64,000 bases of DNA from an uncultured Actinomycetota bacterium (GTDB taxonomy: Bacteria; Actinomycetota; Actinomycetes; JAHEKZ01): NCBI GenBank assembly GCA_963829525.1, contig CAWHIJ010000003.1:1536001-1600000 (forward strand), given 5' to 3'. A model generated the notes under the pieces. That model saw nothing but the letters and a program-made list of their open reading frames with translations, searched no databases and was not told where the DNA came from. The position numbers were made by a program, and so were the translations under genes. Every line of letters starts with the position of its first letter. Position 1 is the stretch's first letter. Of this stretch, positions 47,538 through 58,601 are shown in pieces.

Positions 47538-49318
47538 CGCAGGCACGACGGCCCGCGCCAGCGACTCGGGGCTCGGCTCGCCCGGTTCGGACTCAGCGGC
47601 AAAAGCGCGCCGACCCCCGCCGCCGTCTGGTGACCGTTGGAGTCCTCGTGGCGATGGTGATGTCCCTCTTCGCAGGACGGCTCTTGCAACTGCAGGGAGT
47701 CGAGGCCGCTGCCTACGCTGCCACTGCCGAGGCCGAGCGGCTGCGAACCGTCTCGATCCCCGCGACCCGTGGGGCGATCACCGACGCCAACGGCATCGCC
47801 TTGGCCACCACGGTCGACGCGGTCAACGTCACAGCCGACCAGACACAGATCGCCGATCCCCTGGCTGTTGCGGCTGCGCTCGCGCCAGTCCTCAATGAGC
47901 CGATCAAGACCATCGCGAACAGGGTCGACGGCGACCTGCGCTTTGCCTACGTCGCCAAGGAGATCACGCCGAAGAAGTGGGACGAGATTGCTGCGCTGCG
48001 ACTTCCGGGCATCTACAGCGAGCCGACGGCCAAGCGGGTGTACCCGCAAGGCTCTCTCGGCGCTGCCCTGCTGGGATTCGTCGGAAGCGACGGCCACGGG
48101 TTGGAGGGTTTGGAGTACAGCTGGGACAAAGCTCTGGCCGGCAAAGATGGGCAAGTGACCTATGAGTCCGCCGCCGGTGGCCGTCAGATTCCGAGTGCCG
48201 ACTCCGAGACTGAGGAGTCGGTGGCCGGCGTCGATGTTCAACTGACCATCGACCGAGACATCCAGTTCATCGCTGAGCGAGCCATTCGCGCCAAGGTCAA
48301 CCAGGCGGCGGCCGACAGTGGAACCGTGGTGGCGATGGACCCACGCACCGGCGAAGTCCTCGCGATGGCCACCTACCCTTCGCTCAACCCCAGCAACCCC
48401 ACCGCGGCTGCGGACGCTGATCGAGGGAACAGAGCAGTTACCGAGATCTACGAGCCTGGAAGTACGAGCAAGGTCATGACGATGGCGGCGGCCCTCGATG
48501 CCGGAGCGGTGACGCCGAATTCGAAGATCGAGGTACCGCCAATCCTCTATCGCGGTGGCGACGACTTCCACGACCACACGCCACACGGAACGCTGCACCT
48601 GACCGCAACCGGAGTCCTCGCCGAGTCGAGCAACATCGGGATGATCCTGATCGCCGAGAAGCTCGGCAACCAGGCGCTCTACACCTACCTGCGGAAGTTC
48701 GGCATAGGGTCGACCAGCGGATTGGACTTCCCCGGCGAGAGTGCCGGGATACTGCCGAATGTCGACGACTGGGGACCGACCAATGCGGCCACGATCGCCT
48801 TCGGCCAAGGACTTTCACTGAACGCGGTGCAATCGACGTCGGTGTTTGCCACGATTGCCAACAACGGAGTGCGCGTGGAACCGACTGTCGTCGCAGGGAC
48901 TACGGCTCCAGATGGTTCGTTCACCCCTGCTCCACCTCCCGAGCGCCATCGGGTGATAAGCGCTCAGAGCGCGACCACCCTTCGAGAGATGATGGAGACC
49001 GTCGTCTCTGATGAGGGCACGGCACCGATGGCGCAGATCCCTGGATATCGGGTGGCAGGCAAGACCGGCACCGCCGAGAGAGTCGACGAGAGCTGCGGCT
49101 GCTACCGGGGATTCACGGCCTCTTTCATCGGGTTTGCCCCTGCTGACAAGCCTGCCATCGTTGTCTCAGTCACCCTGCAGGACCCGAAGAACGACCACTA
49201 CGGCGGAGTGCTCGGGGGACCTGTCTTCAAACGGGTCACATCGTTTGCGTTGCAGACCGGGCATGTTCCGCCAACGCCGAGTTCGGCGCCCTCCATGCGG
49301 CTGACTTACCGCCCCTGA
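47534..49318 (+). CDS. ftsI: Division-specific penicillin-binding protein (class B)
   Basis: RGAITD, YEPGSTSK (SxxK), SSN, KTGT motifs. Confidence 0.93.
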   Translation: MTQARRPAPATRGSARPVRTQRQKRADPRRRLVTVGVLVAMVMSLFAGRLLQLQGVEAAAYAATAEAERLRTVSIPATRGAITDANGIALATTVDAVNVTADQTQIADPLAVAAALAPVLNEPIKTIANRVDGDLRFAYVAKEITPKKWDEIAALRLPGIYSEPTAKRVYPQGSLGAALLGFVGSDGHGLEGLEYSWDKALAGKDGQVTYESAAGGRQIPSADSETEESVAGVDVQLTIDRDIQFIAERAIRAKVNQAAADSGTVVAMDPRTGEVLAMATYPSLNPSNPTAAADADRGNRAVTEIYEPGSTSKVMTMAAALDAGAVTPNSKIEVPPILYRGGDDFHDHTPHGTLHLTATGVLAESSNIGMILIAEKLGNQALYTYLRKFGIGSTSGLDFPGESAGILPNVDDWGPTNAATIAFGQGLSLNAVQSTSVFATIANNGVRVEPTVVAGTTAPDGSFTPAPPPERHRVISAQSATTLREMMETVVSDEGTAPMAQIPGYRVAGKTGTAERVDESCGCYRGFTASFIGFAPADKPAIVVSVTLQDPKNDHYGGVLGGPVFKRVTSFALQTGHVPPTPSSAPSMRLTYRP

Positions 49319-49333
49319 AAACGGTCTTCGGCC

Positions 49334-50875
49334 ATGTCCACCAACGCGACTCGTGCCCCTCGGCCGACTCCCCGGCCGATCCCACTCAGCGACGTTTGTG
49401 CTGCCTTGTCAGTCGACCCAGGGTTGGTCGGGGACATAGTGGTCACCGGGGTAACGGTCGACTCTCGCGATGTACGCCCAGGAGACCTTTTCGTGGCGCT
49501 CTCCGGGGAGCACGCACATGGCGCCACCTTTGCGTCACAGGCTGCCGCGTCGGGGGCGGTGGCCGCGGCCACGGACGAGGCCGGTGCCTCGCTGATCGGG
49601 TCGTTGCTGCCTTGCCTTGTGGTCGATGACCTCCGCAACCGGACCGGCCAGCTCGCTGCCGAGATCTACCACCGACCCGCCGACGAGTTGCTGCTGCTCG
49701 GTGTGACCGGGACCAACGGCAAGACCACAACGACCTACCTCCTCGAGTCAGGGCTGAGAGCGGCCGGGCATCGGACCGGCATGATTGGAACGGTCGCCAC
49801 GCTGATCGATGGTGAAGCGTTCGAAACGGTGCGGACGACGCCCGAGGCCCCAGAGCTGCACGCCTTGCTTGCGGTGATGCGCGAACGTGGAGTCACTGCG
49901 GTGGCGATGGAGGTCTCCAGCCATGCGTTGGCGATGCGGCGGGTAGACGGTTGCCGCTTCGACGTCGCGGGCTTCACCCAGCTGGCGGTCGACCACCTGG
50001 ATTTCCATGGAAGTGAAGAGGCATACTTCGCCGCCAAGCAGATGCTGTTCGAGCCTTCGCGGAGCAAGGCCGCCGTGATCGCTATCGAAGACGCCGGAGG
50101 GCGGCGCATGGCGAAGGCGGCGCGAACTCCCTCGGTCACGGTCGGGACGAGCCCTTCGGCCGACTGGAGGATCGCAGACGTCCGCGAACGTCGTGGCGGA
50201 GGGTATGAGTACACGTTGTCCCCTCCGCAGGGCCCCGTTCACGTTGGTCAGGTGCGGCTCATGGGTCGTTTCAACGTGGCGAACGCTGCGCTGGCACAGG
50301 TGATGCTCATGGTGGCCGGCATCGATCCTGTCGCAGCCGCAAGTGGAGTGGAGAAGTGCCGAGGAGTTCCGGGTCGAATGGAGCGGATCGGGCCAGATGA
50401 GGTTGCTTTGGTTGTGGACTATGCGCATACCGCCGATGCGCTGGGCCGGGCGATCGATGCAGTGACCCCCGATGGCGGTGGTCAGGTCATTGTCGTGTTC
50501 GGGTGTGGCGGAGACCGCGACCCAGGTAAGCGCGAACCAATGGGAGCGGTGGCCGCTGCCCGTGCTGCCATCGTTGTGGTGACCGATGACAACCCACGCT
50601 CGGAGCGTCCTGAGCTCATCCGGCAGGCTGTCCTTGCTGGCACCGAACAGGTGCCGGCCTCAGAACGTGCCGAGGTGATCGAGGTTGACGGCCGTAGGGC
50701 TGCCCTGGATCTGGCGGTCAGCCGGGCGCGACCGGGGGACGTCGTCCTCGTTGCTGGCAAGGGTCATGAAACGGGGCAGGAGGTCGGATCGGTGGTCATG
50801 CCCTTCGACGACCGAGTTGAGGTACTCGCCGCGTGGGTCGGCATTCACGGAGCGACGGCTGGGGGTCAGGAGTGA
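49334..50875 (+). CDS. murE: UDP-MurNAc-dipeptide--diaminopimelate ligase
   Basis: [33 protein letters not shown] (DAP-type), AGKGHE. Confidence 0.95.
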   Translation: MSTNATRAPRPTPRPIPLSDVCAALSVDPGLVGDIVVTGVTVDSRDVRPGDLFVALSGEHAHGATFASQAAASGAVAAATDEAGASLIGSLLPCLVVDDLRNRTGQLAAEIYHRPADELLLLGVTGTNGKTTTTYLLESGLRAAGHRTGMIGTVATLIDGEAFETVRTTPEAPELHALLAVMRERGVTAVAMEVSSHALAMRRVDGCRFDVAGFTQLAVDHLDFHGSEEAYFAAKQMLFEPSRSKAAVIAIEDAGGRRMAKAARTPSVTVGTSPSADWRIADVRERRGGGYEYTLSPPQGPVHVGQVRLMGRFNVANAALAQVMLMVAGIDPVAAASGVEKCRGVPGRMERIGPDEVALVVDYAHTADALGRAIDAVTPDGGGQVIVVFGCGGDRDPGKREPMGAVAAARAAIVVVTDDNPRSERPELIRQAVLAGTEQVPASERAEVIEVDGRRAALDLAVSRARPGDVVLVAGKGHETGQEVGSVVMPFDDRVEVLAAWVGIHGATAGGQE

Positions 50876-52257
50876 TTCCGACGAGCCTCATCGATATTGC
50901 AGAGGCCGTCGGTGGACAGCTGGTGAGCGTCGCTGACCCCACAGCTGTGGTCGTGCACGTGTGTTCAGACACCCGCGACGTCATTCCCGGCAGCCTCTTT
51001 GTGGCGCTTGAGGGGACGCGCGTTGATGGCCACGACTTCGCCGAAGCCGCGGTGGCCTCTGGTGCGGTAGCGGTCCTTGGCTCCCGACCATCCGGATCAC
51101 CCATGATCGTGGTCCCCGACGTGCTTGTCGCACTTGGCCAGCTGGCAAGATTTCACATCGACCGACTCACCGACACGACGGTGATCGGGGTCACCGGGTC
51201 GGTAGGCAAGACCACGGCGAAGGATCTGATCGCGTCGGTGTTGGAGACCGATGGGCCCACGATCTCACCGCCTGGATCGTTCAACAACGAGCTTGGGCTG
51301 CCACTGACCGTGCTGTCGGCCGATCAAGACACGCGGTACCTCGTGTTGGAGATGGGTGCTCGGGGGCTGGGCCACATCGAGTACCTCTGTTCGATCGCGC
51401 CACCCGACGTGGGGGTTGAGCTCGTGGTGGGCACCGCCCACCTCAGCGAGTTCGGCAGCCGGGCGGCCATCGCCAACGCGAAGGCCGAGCTCGTCCGGGC
51501 ACTGCCTCCTGGCGGAACGGCGGTGCTGAATGCCGATGACGCCCTGGTTCAGAAGATGGCCGGTGAAACGGCGGCTGCTGTGACGTGGTTCGGCCAGCGC
51601 CATGGCGCGCAGGTCAGCGCCGAGGGCCTCTCCTTCGACACGTTGGACCGGGCCAGGTTCACCTTGCGCACACCGGTCGGTTCGGCGCTGGTCGAAATGC
51701 AGTTCGTGGGTGGTCACGCCCTACCGAACGCGCTTGCCGCGGCCGCCGTCGGCTGGTCGTTGGGTATGGACACCGACGCGATCGCCAGGGCACTCTCTTC
51801 GGCCACACCTCGTAGCAAGTGGCGCATGGAGGTAACCGAGCGTTCCGATGGGCTGATCGTCATCAACGATGCGTACAACGCCAGTCCTGAGGCGGTGCGG
51901 GCAGCACTCAAGTCGCTCAAGCAGATTGCTGGCAATCGACGCAGCTGGGCGGTTCTCGGCGAGATGCTCGAGCTCGGTGACCAATCTGGAGCCGAACACG
52001 ATGCCATCGGACGCCTCGTCGTGCGCTTGGATGTGCAACGGTTAGTCGTCGTCGGAGAAGGCGCCAAGCCTATGCACCTGGCTGCTGGGCTCGAAGGGTC
52101 GTGGGGACGGGAGTCCATGTTCGTTCCAGATGTCGCGGGCGCGATGGCGATCTTGCACGAAGAGGTGCGTCCGGACGACGTGGTCCTCGTGAAGGCGTCC
52201 AGGGCTGCGGGCCTCGAGGTTGTCGCTGCTGAGCTCTTGGGCGGAGACGTCGAATGA
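50872..52257 (+). CDS. murF: UDP-MurNAc-tripeptide--D-Ala-D-Ala ligase
   Basis: TGSVGKTT, FNNELGLP, LEMG, NDAYNASP, LGEMLELG, LVKASR. Confidence 0.95.
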   Translation: MIPTSLIDIAEAVGGQLVSVADPTAVVVHVCSDTRDVIPGSLFVALEGTRVDGHDFAEAAVASGAVAVLGSRPSGSPMIVVPDVLVALGQLARFHIDRLTDTTVIGVTGSVGKTTAKDLIASVLETDGPTISPPGSFNNELGLPLTVLSADQDTRYLVLEMGARGLGHIEYLCSIAPPDVGVELVVGTAHLSEFGSRAAIANAKAELVRALPPGGTAVLNADDALVQKMAGETAAAVTWFGQRHGAQVSAEGLSFDTLDRARFTLRTPVGSALVEMQFVGGHALPNALAAAAVGWSLGMDTDAIARALSSATPRSKWRMEVTERSDGLIVINDAYNASPEAVRAALKSLKQIAGNRRSWAVLGEMLELGDQSGAEHDAIGRLVVRLDVQRLVVVGEGAKPMHLAAGLEGSWGRESMFVPDVAGAMAILHEEVRPDDVVLVKASRAAGLEVVAAELLGGDVE

Positions 52258-53339
52258 GGCTAGTGCTGGTCGCGGTCATCGTCAGCCTCGTCATCGGGTT
52301 CGTGGTGACCCCCTTGTGGGCCAAGTGGCTGAGCACCCGGGGCTACGCCCAATCCATCCGCGACGCCGAGGAGCTGGGCTACGCCGTCCCCGACCACGCA
52401 GGCAAACGGGGCACACCGTCCATGGGTGGCGTTGTCATCGTCGCCGGAACAGTCGTGAGCTACGCGGCCGCTCACCTCATCGCCGGTAGTGGTCCGAGCG
52501 CGGCGGCGATGCTCGTGTTGTTCCTCATGGTGGGTCTGGCATCCGTCGGATTCGCCGACGACTACATCAAGATTTTTCGGAGACGGTCGACCGGACTGCG
52601 GGTCAAGACCAAGCTCATCGGACAGGCCGCCGTAGCGATTGTCTTTGCGCTTCTCGCCCTGCAATTCCCCAGTGTTGAAGGGCTGACACCTGCTACGCAG
52701 TACATCTCGTTTGTTCGTGACACTGCCGTCTTCTTGCCGATTGGCATCTATGTCCTGTGGGTCTGGTTCATGGTGGCGGCCACTTCCAACGCGGTTAACC
52801 TCTCCGACGGGCTCGACGGGCTCGCCACCGGAGCGGCTTCGATGGTGTTCGGCGCGTACGTGACTGTGGGCCTGTGGCAGTACAACCAGAGATGCGCTGA
52901 TAGTCGTGCTTCCGAACTGCTACGAGGTGCGGAATCCCCTCGATCTGGCTGTCGTCGCAGCTGGAGTCATGGGTTCGTGCTTCGGGTTCCTCTGGTGGAA
53001 CACGTCACCAGCTCGCATCTTCATGGGGGACACGGGATCACTTGGCTCTCGGCGGCGCCATGGCCGGCATCGCGATCTGCACCCAGACCGAGCTGCTGCT
53101 TCCGGTGATGGCTGGCCTGTTCGTGGCCATCACTGCGTCGGTCATCATCCAGATCGCCTCGTTCAAGACGACGGGGAAGACGAGTCTTCCTGATGTCCCC
53201 GATCCAGCACCACTTCGAGATCAAGGGCTGGCCCGAGGTCCAGATCGTCACCAGATTCTGGATCATCTCCGGTCTCTTCACCGGAGCCGGTTTCATGCTC
53301 TTCTACACCGAGTGGCTCGGTGGGGGCGGCATCGGGTGA
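52254..53339 (+). CDS. mraY: Phospho-MurNAc-pentapeptide transferase (apparent frameshifts near 52900, 53040, 53180)
   Basis: [44 protein letters not shown] across successive frames. Confidence 0.92.
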
Positions 53340-54793
53340 CCGCCTCGTCTGCTGTCTCCGAGTGGCTACGGGCGGCCGACCGAGCAGCCGACTGGTCAGG
53401 CGTCCGCGCGTGTGTCGTTGGCCTCGGAAAGAGCGGGTTCGCAGCAGCTGACGCCTTGCTGCGAGTGGGCGCGCGAGTCGAGGTCGTCGAGGCCGGTGAG
53501 GCGTCGAGATCAGGCTCACTGACAGGAGCGGGCCCAGATCCTCCAGACTCTGGGAGCAGCAGGTCCGGCTGGGTGTCCGCGGCGACGCCGGGATCGAGTG
53601 CGACCTCCTGGTCCCCTCTCCGGGCATCCCCCCGCACCATCGTTGGATCACAGGTGCCAGGGCCGGGACCATCTGGAGCGGCGAGCAGCTTGCCTGGAAC
53701 CTGCGCGTCTCCACCGTTCCGTGGCTCACCCTCACCGGAACCAACGGCAAGACGACCACGACCCAGCTGCTTGATGCAATGCTCAGAACAGCAGGTCTGC
53801 GGAGCCTTGCCGCCGGCAACATCGGGGTGCCCCTCGTAGAAGCTGTCTTCGCCGAGCCGCAGCCGGAGGTGCTGGTCGTCGAGCTGTCCAGCTTCCAGCT
53901 GCACTTCACCGAGACGGTCTCAGCGCACTCGTCGGCACTGCTCAACATTGCCGAGGACCACCTTGACTGGCATGGCTCATTCGACGCCTACATCGCCGAC
54001 AAGTCCAAGATCTTCACCAGGGTCGAGCACACCGTCGTCTACAACCATGACGATTCGCGCACAGAGGCGCTGGCCGAGGCTGCCGACGTGATGGAGGGCT
54101 GCCGTGCGGTCGGTTTCACCCTCGGTGTTCCTGGACGGGCGATGTTGGGTGTTGTCGACGGAGTCCTGGTCGACCGCGCCTATGGCGCCAACCGCGCCAC
54201 GCATGCTGAGCCGATCGTCGATGTTGACGCGCTTGCGATGGCCGGAGCGCATAACGTCCGCAACGTGTTGGCAGCAGCGGCACTGGCGCGATCGTTTGGA
54301 GTAGCTATCGCTGACGTACGTTCTGGGGCGCATTGGATTTGAGGTCGACGCTCATCGGGGCGAGCTTGTGGGGACCTTCGGCGATGTGCGATTCGTAGAT
54401 GACTCAAAGGCGACCAACGTGCTGGCCGCAGACGTGGCTCTTGCCGCGGCCAGCGGGCAGGTGGTGTGGATCGCGGGGGGACTGGCCAAAGGGGGCTCCT
54501 TCGATGCCCTTGTGCAGCGGCACCGGTCCAAGCTTCGCGCCGTGGTGCTCTTAGGCACTGACCGCTCGCTGATCGCCCAGGCACTCGCGCGACACGCGCC
54601 CGAGGTCCCGGTGATCGAGGTGCCGGACGGGGAGACTGAGCCTATGACTGACGCTGTTCGGATTTCGGCCTCGGTGGCCCAGCCGCACGACACCGTGCTG
54701 CTCGCTCCGGCGTGCGCGTCCATGGACCAGTTCTCCGACTACCAGGCCAGGGGTCAAGCTTTCAGTTCAGCCGCGGCCCGGCTCCGCCGCTGA
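53336..54793 (+). CDS. murD: UDP-MurNAc-L-Ala--D-Glu ligase (several apparent frameshifts)
   Basis: [52 protein letters not shown]. Confidence 0.92.
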
Positions 54794-54803
54794 CGGATTA
54801 GGC

Positions 54804-56044
54804 ATGACCGTCACTTCCCCTCCCGCTTCCTCGACCCACCGGTCGGGGTTTGGTGCGTCACGTCCGCTCCGCGATCGGCAAGCCGTTGGCGCCGTATTAC
54901 CTGATTCTCGGCAGCACGGTGATGCTCACCGCACTTGGTTTGGTCATGGTGCTGTCCGCTTCCAGCGTCGAGTCGTACGCGGCCAGCGGGAACTCGTGGG
55001 CGATTGCTCAGCGCCAGGCGATGTGGGTGGTCATCGGGGTCCCCGCACTCGTTCGTGGCCAGCAGGCTCCCCACGTCGTGGTTCCGGCGGCTGGCGTTGC
55101 CCATCTTGGTTCTGTCGATCGTGCTGCTGGTCCTGGTTCTCGTCCCAGGCATCGGTGTCAGCGTAAACGGGAACCAGAACTGGATCGAGATCGGCGGCTC
55201 CTTCCGCATTCAGCCAGCGGAGGCGGCGAAGTTCGCACTGGTGCTGTGGGCTGCCGATCTGCTCACCCGAAAGCGCAAGCTGCTGCATCAGAACAAGCAT
55301 CTGCTGATTCCACTCATGCCGGTGGCCGCTGTCATCATCGGCTTGGTGTTGCTCGGGGGAGACCTTGGCACGTCGCTGATCCTCATGGCCATCGTCGCCG
55401 GAATGCTCTTCATCGCTGGTGCGCCTCTTCGGGTCTTCCTGGGGCTCGGTGCCCCAGCACTCGCCCTGATCTTGTTCATGACGTTTCAACGCAGCGCCCG
55501 ACTGTCTCGACTGCAGTCGTTCCTCGACCCGATGGCCGACTACCAGGGGACCGGTTGGCAGGCCGCTCACAGCATGTTCGCCCTCGCCTCCGGCGGTTGG
55601 TGGGGCGTGGGACTTGGTGCCAGCCGCGAGAAGTGGGGAAGCCTTCCTGAGGCCCATACCGACTTCATCTTCGCGATCATCGGCGAAGAGCTCGGCCTCG
55701 TCGGAACTCTGACCGTCCTCCTGCTCTTCGGAGCCATGATCCTCGGGGCACTGCGCATCGCCCTTGCCACAGACGACCTTTTCGTACGCTTTGCTGCGGG
55801 GGGAATCGTGGTCTGGATCGGGGTACAGATGGTGATCAACATCGGCGGTGTGCTGAGCGTGCTGCCGATCACCGGGGTGCCGCTGCCCTTGGTCTCCTAC
55901 GGTGGGTCGGCCCTGCTGGCCACCATGTTCGCGCTCGGGATGTTGCTTGCATTCGCCCGGAACCTGCCAGGTGCCCGAGAGGCGTTGAGCGAGCGTCGTG
56001 CAGCCAGGTGGCGTCCGCGGCTTCCTGGGGCGCGGACTCGGTGA
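54804..56044 (+). CDS. ftsW: SEDS-family peptidoglycan polymerase FtsW (apparent frameshifts near 54840 and 55050)
   Basis: GLVMVLSASS, QPAEAAK, GDLGT, LPEAHTDFIFAIIGEELG, TGVPLPLVSYGGS. Confidence 0.93.
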
Positions 56045-57162
56045 GCACGCCAGACGGCGCCCCGTCGGGACCGCTGCGGGTCCTTCTCGCAGGGGGCGGC
56101 ACGGCGGGACACGTCGAACCATCGTTAGCGCTGGCCGACGCCTTGCTTCGCCGCCATCCGGACGCCGTCGTGACGGCACTGGGAACTGATTCTGGGTTGG
56201 AGACGACCCTCGTTCCTGCTCGCGGGATCGAGGTGCGTCTGATTCCGAAGGTCACGATGCCCCGCGCGGACCTGCGACGCTGGTTCGCAGTTCCGACTGG
56301 AGTCTGGTCGGCTGTGCGGGCCACCACGTCGGTTATCGCCGAGGTCAGCCCCGATGTCGTTGTCGGCTTCGGTGGCTACGTGGCCCTCCCTGCCTACCTC
56401 GCGTCGCGTCGTGCTGGGATCCCGTACGTCGTGCACGAGGCCAATGCGCGCCCAGGGGTCGCCAATCGGATCGGGGCGCGCTTCACGCCGCATGTGGCGG
56501 TGAGCGCGCCATCTACCGTCGCATCCTTGCCCCATGCGGTTCTCGTCGGAATTCCGTTGCGGCGCAGTATCGCCGCACTCGACCGGGTCGCGCTTCGCCC
56601 TAAGGCCAGACTCACGTTCGGGCTCGACGCCGACCGGCCGACCGTCCTTGTCTTCGGCGGTTCGCAGGGTGCCAGGACCATCAACGCTGCCATGCAGGGT
56701 GCGGCCCGCTACCTGTTGAACGCCGGTATCCAGGTCCTGCACGCGGCGGGTCCGTCCAACACAGTGGAGGTGGACCGCCACGAAGGTGACCCCCCGTACG
56801 TTGTCGTCCCATATCTCGACCGGATGGACTTGGCCTACGCGGCTGCCGACCTGGTACTGGGACGGTCTGGTGCGATGACGTGCGCCGAGCTGGCTGCTGT
56901 CGGCCTCCCAGCCGTCTTCGTGCCCTACCCACACAGCAACGGTGAGCAGGCAGTAAACGCCCAGCCGCTGGTGGATGTCGGCGCGGGACTCTTGATCCGG
57001 GACGAAGACCTCTCTGCGACGGTCGTTGAGCACGTCGTCGGCGAGCTCGTCCTTGACCACGATCGCCTGGAACAGATGGGCAAGGCGGCCGAGTCCTTGG
57101 GCGCTCGTGACGCCGATGAACGACTGACCGACATGGTTCTGCAGGCGGCAGGTCGATCATGA
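56041..57162 (+). CDS. murG: Lipid II GlcNAc transferase
   Basis: AGGGTAGHVEP, GFGGYV, HEANARPG, GGSQGA, RSGAMT, EQAVNA. Confidence 0.95.
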   Translation: MSTPDGAPSGPLRVLLAGGGTAGHVEPSLALADALLRRHPDAVVTALGTDSGLETTLVPARGIEVRLIPKVTMPRADLRRWFAVPTGVWSAVRATTSVIAEVSPDVVVGFGGYVALPAYLASRRAGIPYVVHEANARPGVANRIGARFTPHVAVSAPSTVASLPHAVLVGIPLRRSIAALDRVALRPKARLTFGLDADRPTVLVFGGSQGARTINAAMQGAARYLLNAGIQVLHAAGPSNTVEVDRHEGDPPYVVVPYLDRMDLAYAAADLVLGRSGAMTCAELAAVGLPAVFVPYPHSNGEQAVNAQPLVDVGAGLLIRDEDLSATVVEHVVGELVLDHDRLEQMGKAAESLGARDADERLTDMVLQAAGRS

Positions 57163-58601
57163 TCGACTATCCACCTGCCACCGCTGGACCACAGCTGGCC
57201 GAGCTGGGGCGAGTGCATCTGATCGGGGTGGCCGGTGCCGGGATGTCAGCACTCACACGGATGCTGTGCTCACGTGGCGTCCCGGTCACCGGGAGCGAAC
57301 TACGCGACTCGCGCATCGTTGCCTCACTTCGAGCAGTGGGGGCTGTCGTCCACTTCGGCCAGACGCCCGACTCGCTTCCACAGACAGACACGGTCATCGT
57401 GTCGACGGCGATCAGAGACTCCAACCCCGAACTCGTGGCAGCGCGGGAACGTGGCATCCGGGTTCTGCACAGAGCCGAAGCCCTTGCTTATTGCATGCGG
57501 GGGTACCAGTCGGTCGTCGTGTCCGGCACCCACGGAAAGACGACGACCACGTCGATGGCAGCCGTTGCCCTTCAGCATTGCGGAGCCGACCCCTCGTACT
57601 ACATCGGTGCCCAGCTCAACGAAACCGGCACGAACGCCCACGCGGGAACTGGATCGGTATTCGTCGCTGAGTCTGATGAGAGCGATGGGTCCTTCCTCGT
57701 CCTTGAGCCGCTCGTCGCTGTTGTCACCAACGTCGAGGCCGATCACCTCGACTACTGGGGTGACGCGCCGGCGGTGGAGGCCGGGTTCTGTCAGTTCGTC
57801 TCCAGGGTTCCGCAGCAGGGCGCGGTGATCGCCTGCGCCGATGACCCCGGCGCGGCGCGGGTGGCGGACTTCGCTCGCAAGAGTGGCCGACGCGTTGTCA
57901 CCTATGGCACCAGTGCTGGAGCAGATATCCGCATCACCGACGTCGAGCTCGACGCCACCGGGTCATGGTTTCGACCGGTGGTCAAGGGCCGACGTCTCCC
58001 CGATGTCTCATTGAAGATCGTCGGGATGCACAACGTGCTGAATGCGACCGCGGCTCTGGCCGTGACCCTAGAAGTTGGAGTCGGCGTTCCGGACGCCGTC
58101 GAGGGTTTGGCGCAGTACAGCGGTGCCCGTCGCCGGTTCGAGTTCAAGGGCGAGGCGAACGGGGTCAGGGTGTACGACGACTACGCCCACCACCACACCG
58201 AGCTTCGAGCTACTCTCACCGCGGCCCGGCAGATCGCCGATGGTGGCCGGATCATCGTCGCATTCCAACCGCTGCGGTTTACCCGCACCGCGGAGTTTCA
58301 CCGCGAGCTCGGAGACGCGCTAGGGCTCGCTGACGACGTTCTGGTGATGGAGGTCTACGGCTCCAACGAAGAGCCCATCCCCGGTGCCACAGGAGCGCTG
58401 GTGGCCGCTGGCGTCCCCTTGCCCGCAGACCATGTGTGCTTCGAGCCGTCCTTCTCGGCCGTTCCGGATTGGCTGGTATCCCGGGCCGAGCCGGGAGATC
58501 TCGTCCTGACACTCGGCGACGGAATCGTCACCACGCTCGGCCCGGAAATTGTCGAGTTGCTTCGACACCGCGCGGAACAGCGATCGGCTCCAATGCCATG
58601 A
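57159..58601 (+). CDS. murC: UDP-MurNAc--amino acid ligase MurC
   Basis: GVAGAGMS, GTHGKTTTT, ESDESDGSF, EADHLD, RRRFE, DDYAHH. Confidence 0.93.
   Translation: MIDYPPATAGPQLAELGRVHLIGVAGAGMSALTRMLCSRGVPVTGSELRDSRIVASLRAVGAVVHFGQTPDSLPQTDTVIVSTAIRDSNPELVAARERGIRVLHRAEALAYCMRGYQSVVVSGTHGKTTTTSMAAVALQHCGADPSYYIGAQLNETGTNAHAGTGSVFVAESDESDGSFLVLEPLVAVVTNVEADHLDYWGDAPAVEAGFCQFVSRVPQQGAVIACADDPGAARVADFARKSGRRVVTYGTSAGADIRITDVELDATGSWFRPVVKGRRLPDVSLKIVGMHNVLNATAALAVTLEVGVGVPDAVEGLAQYSGARRRFEFKGEANGVRVYDDYAHHHTELRATLTAARQIADGGRIIVAFQPLRFTRTAEFHRELGDALGLADDVLVMEVYGSNEEPIPGATGALVAAGVPLPADHVCFEPSFSAVPDWLVSRAEPGDLVLTLGDGIVTTLGPEIVELLRHRAEQRSAPMP

Noticed and set aside
52254-56044. mraY, murD and ftsW as true pseudogenes
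   Set aside because: All motifs are retained across single-base shifts, no in-frame decay is evident, and neighbouring mur/fts genes are intact; sequencing error is more likely
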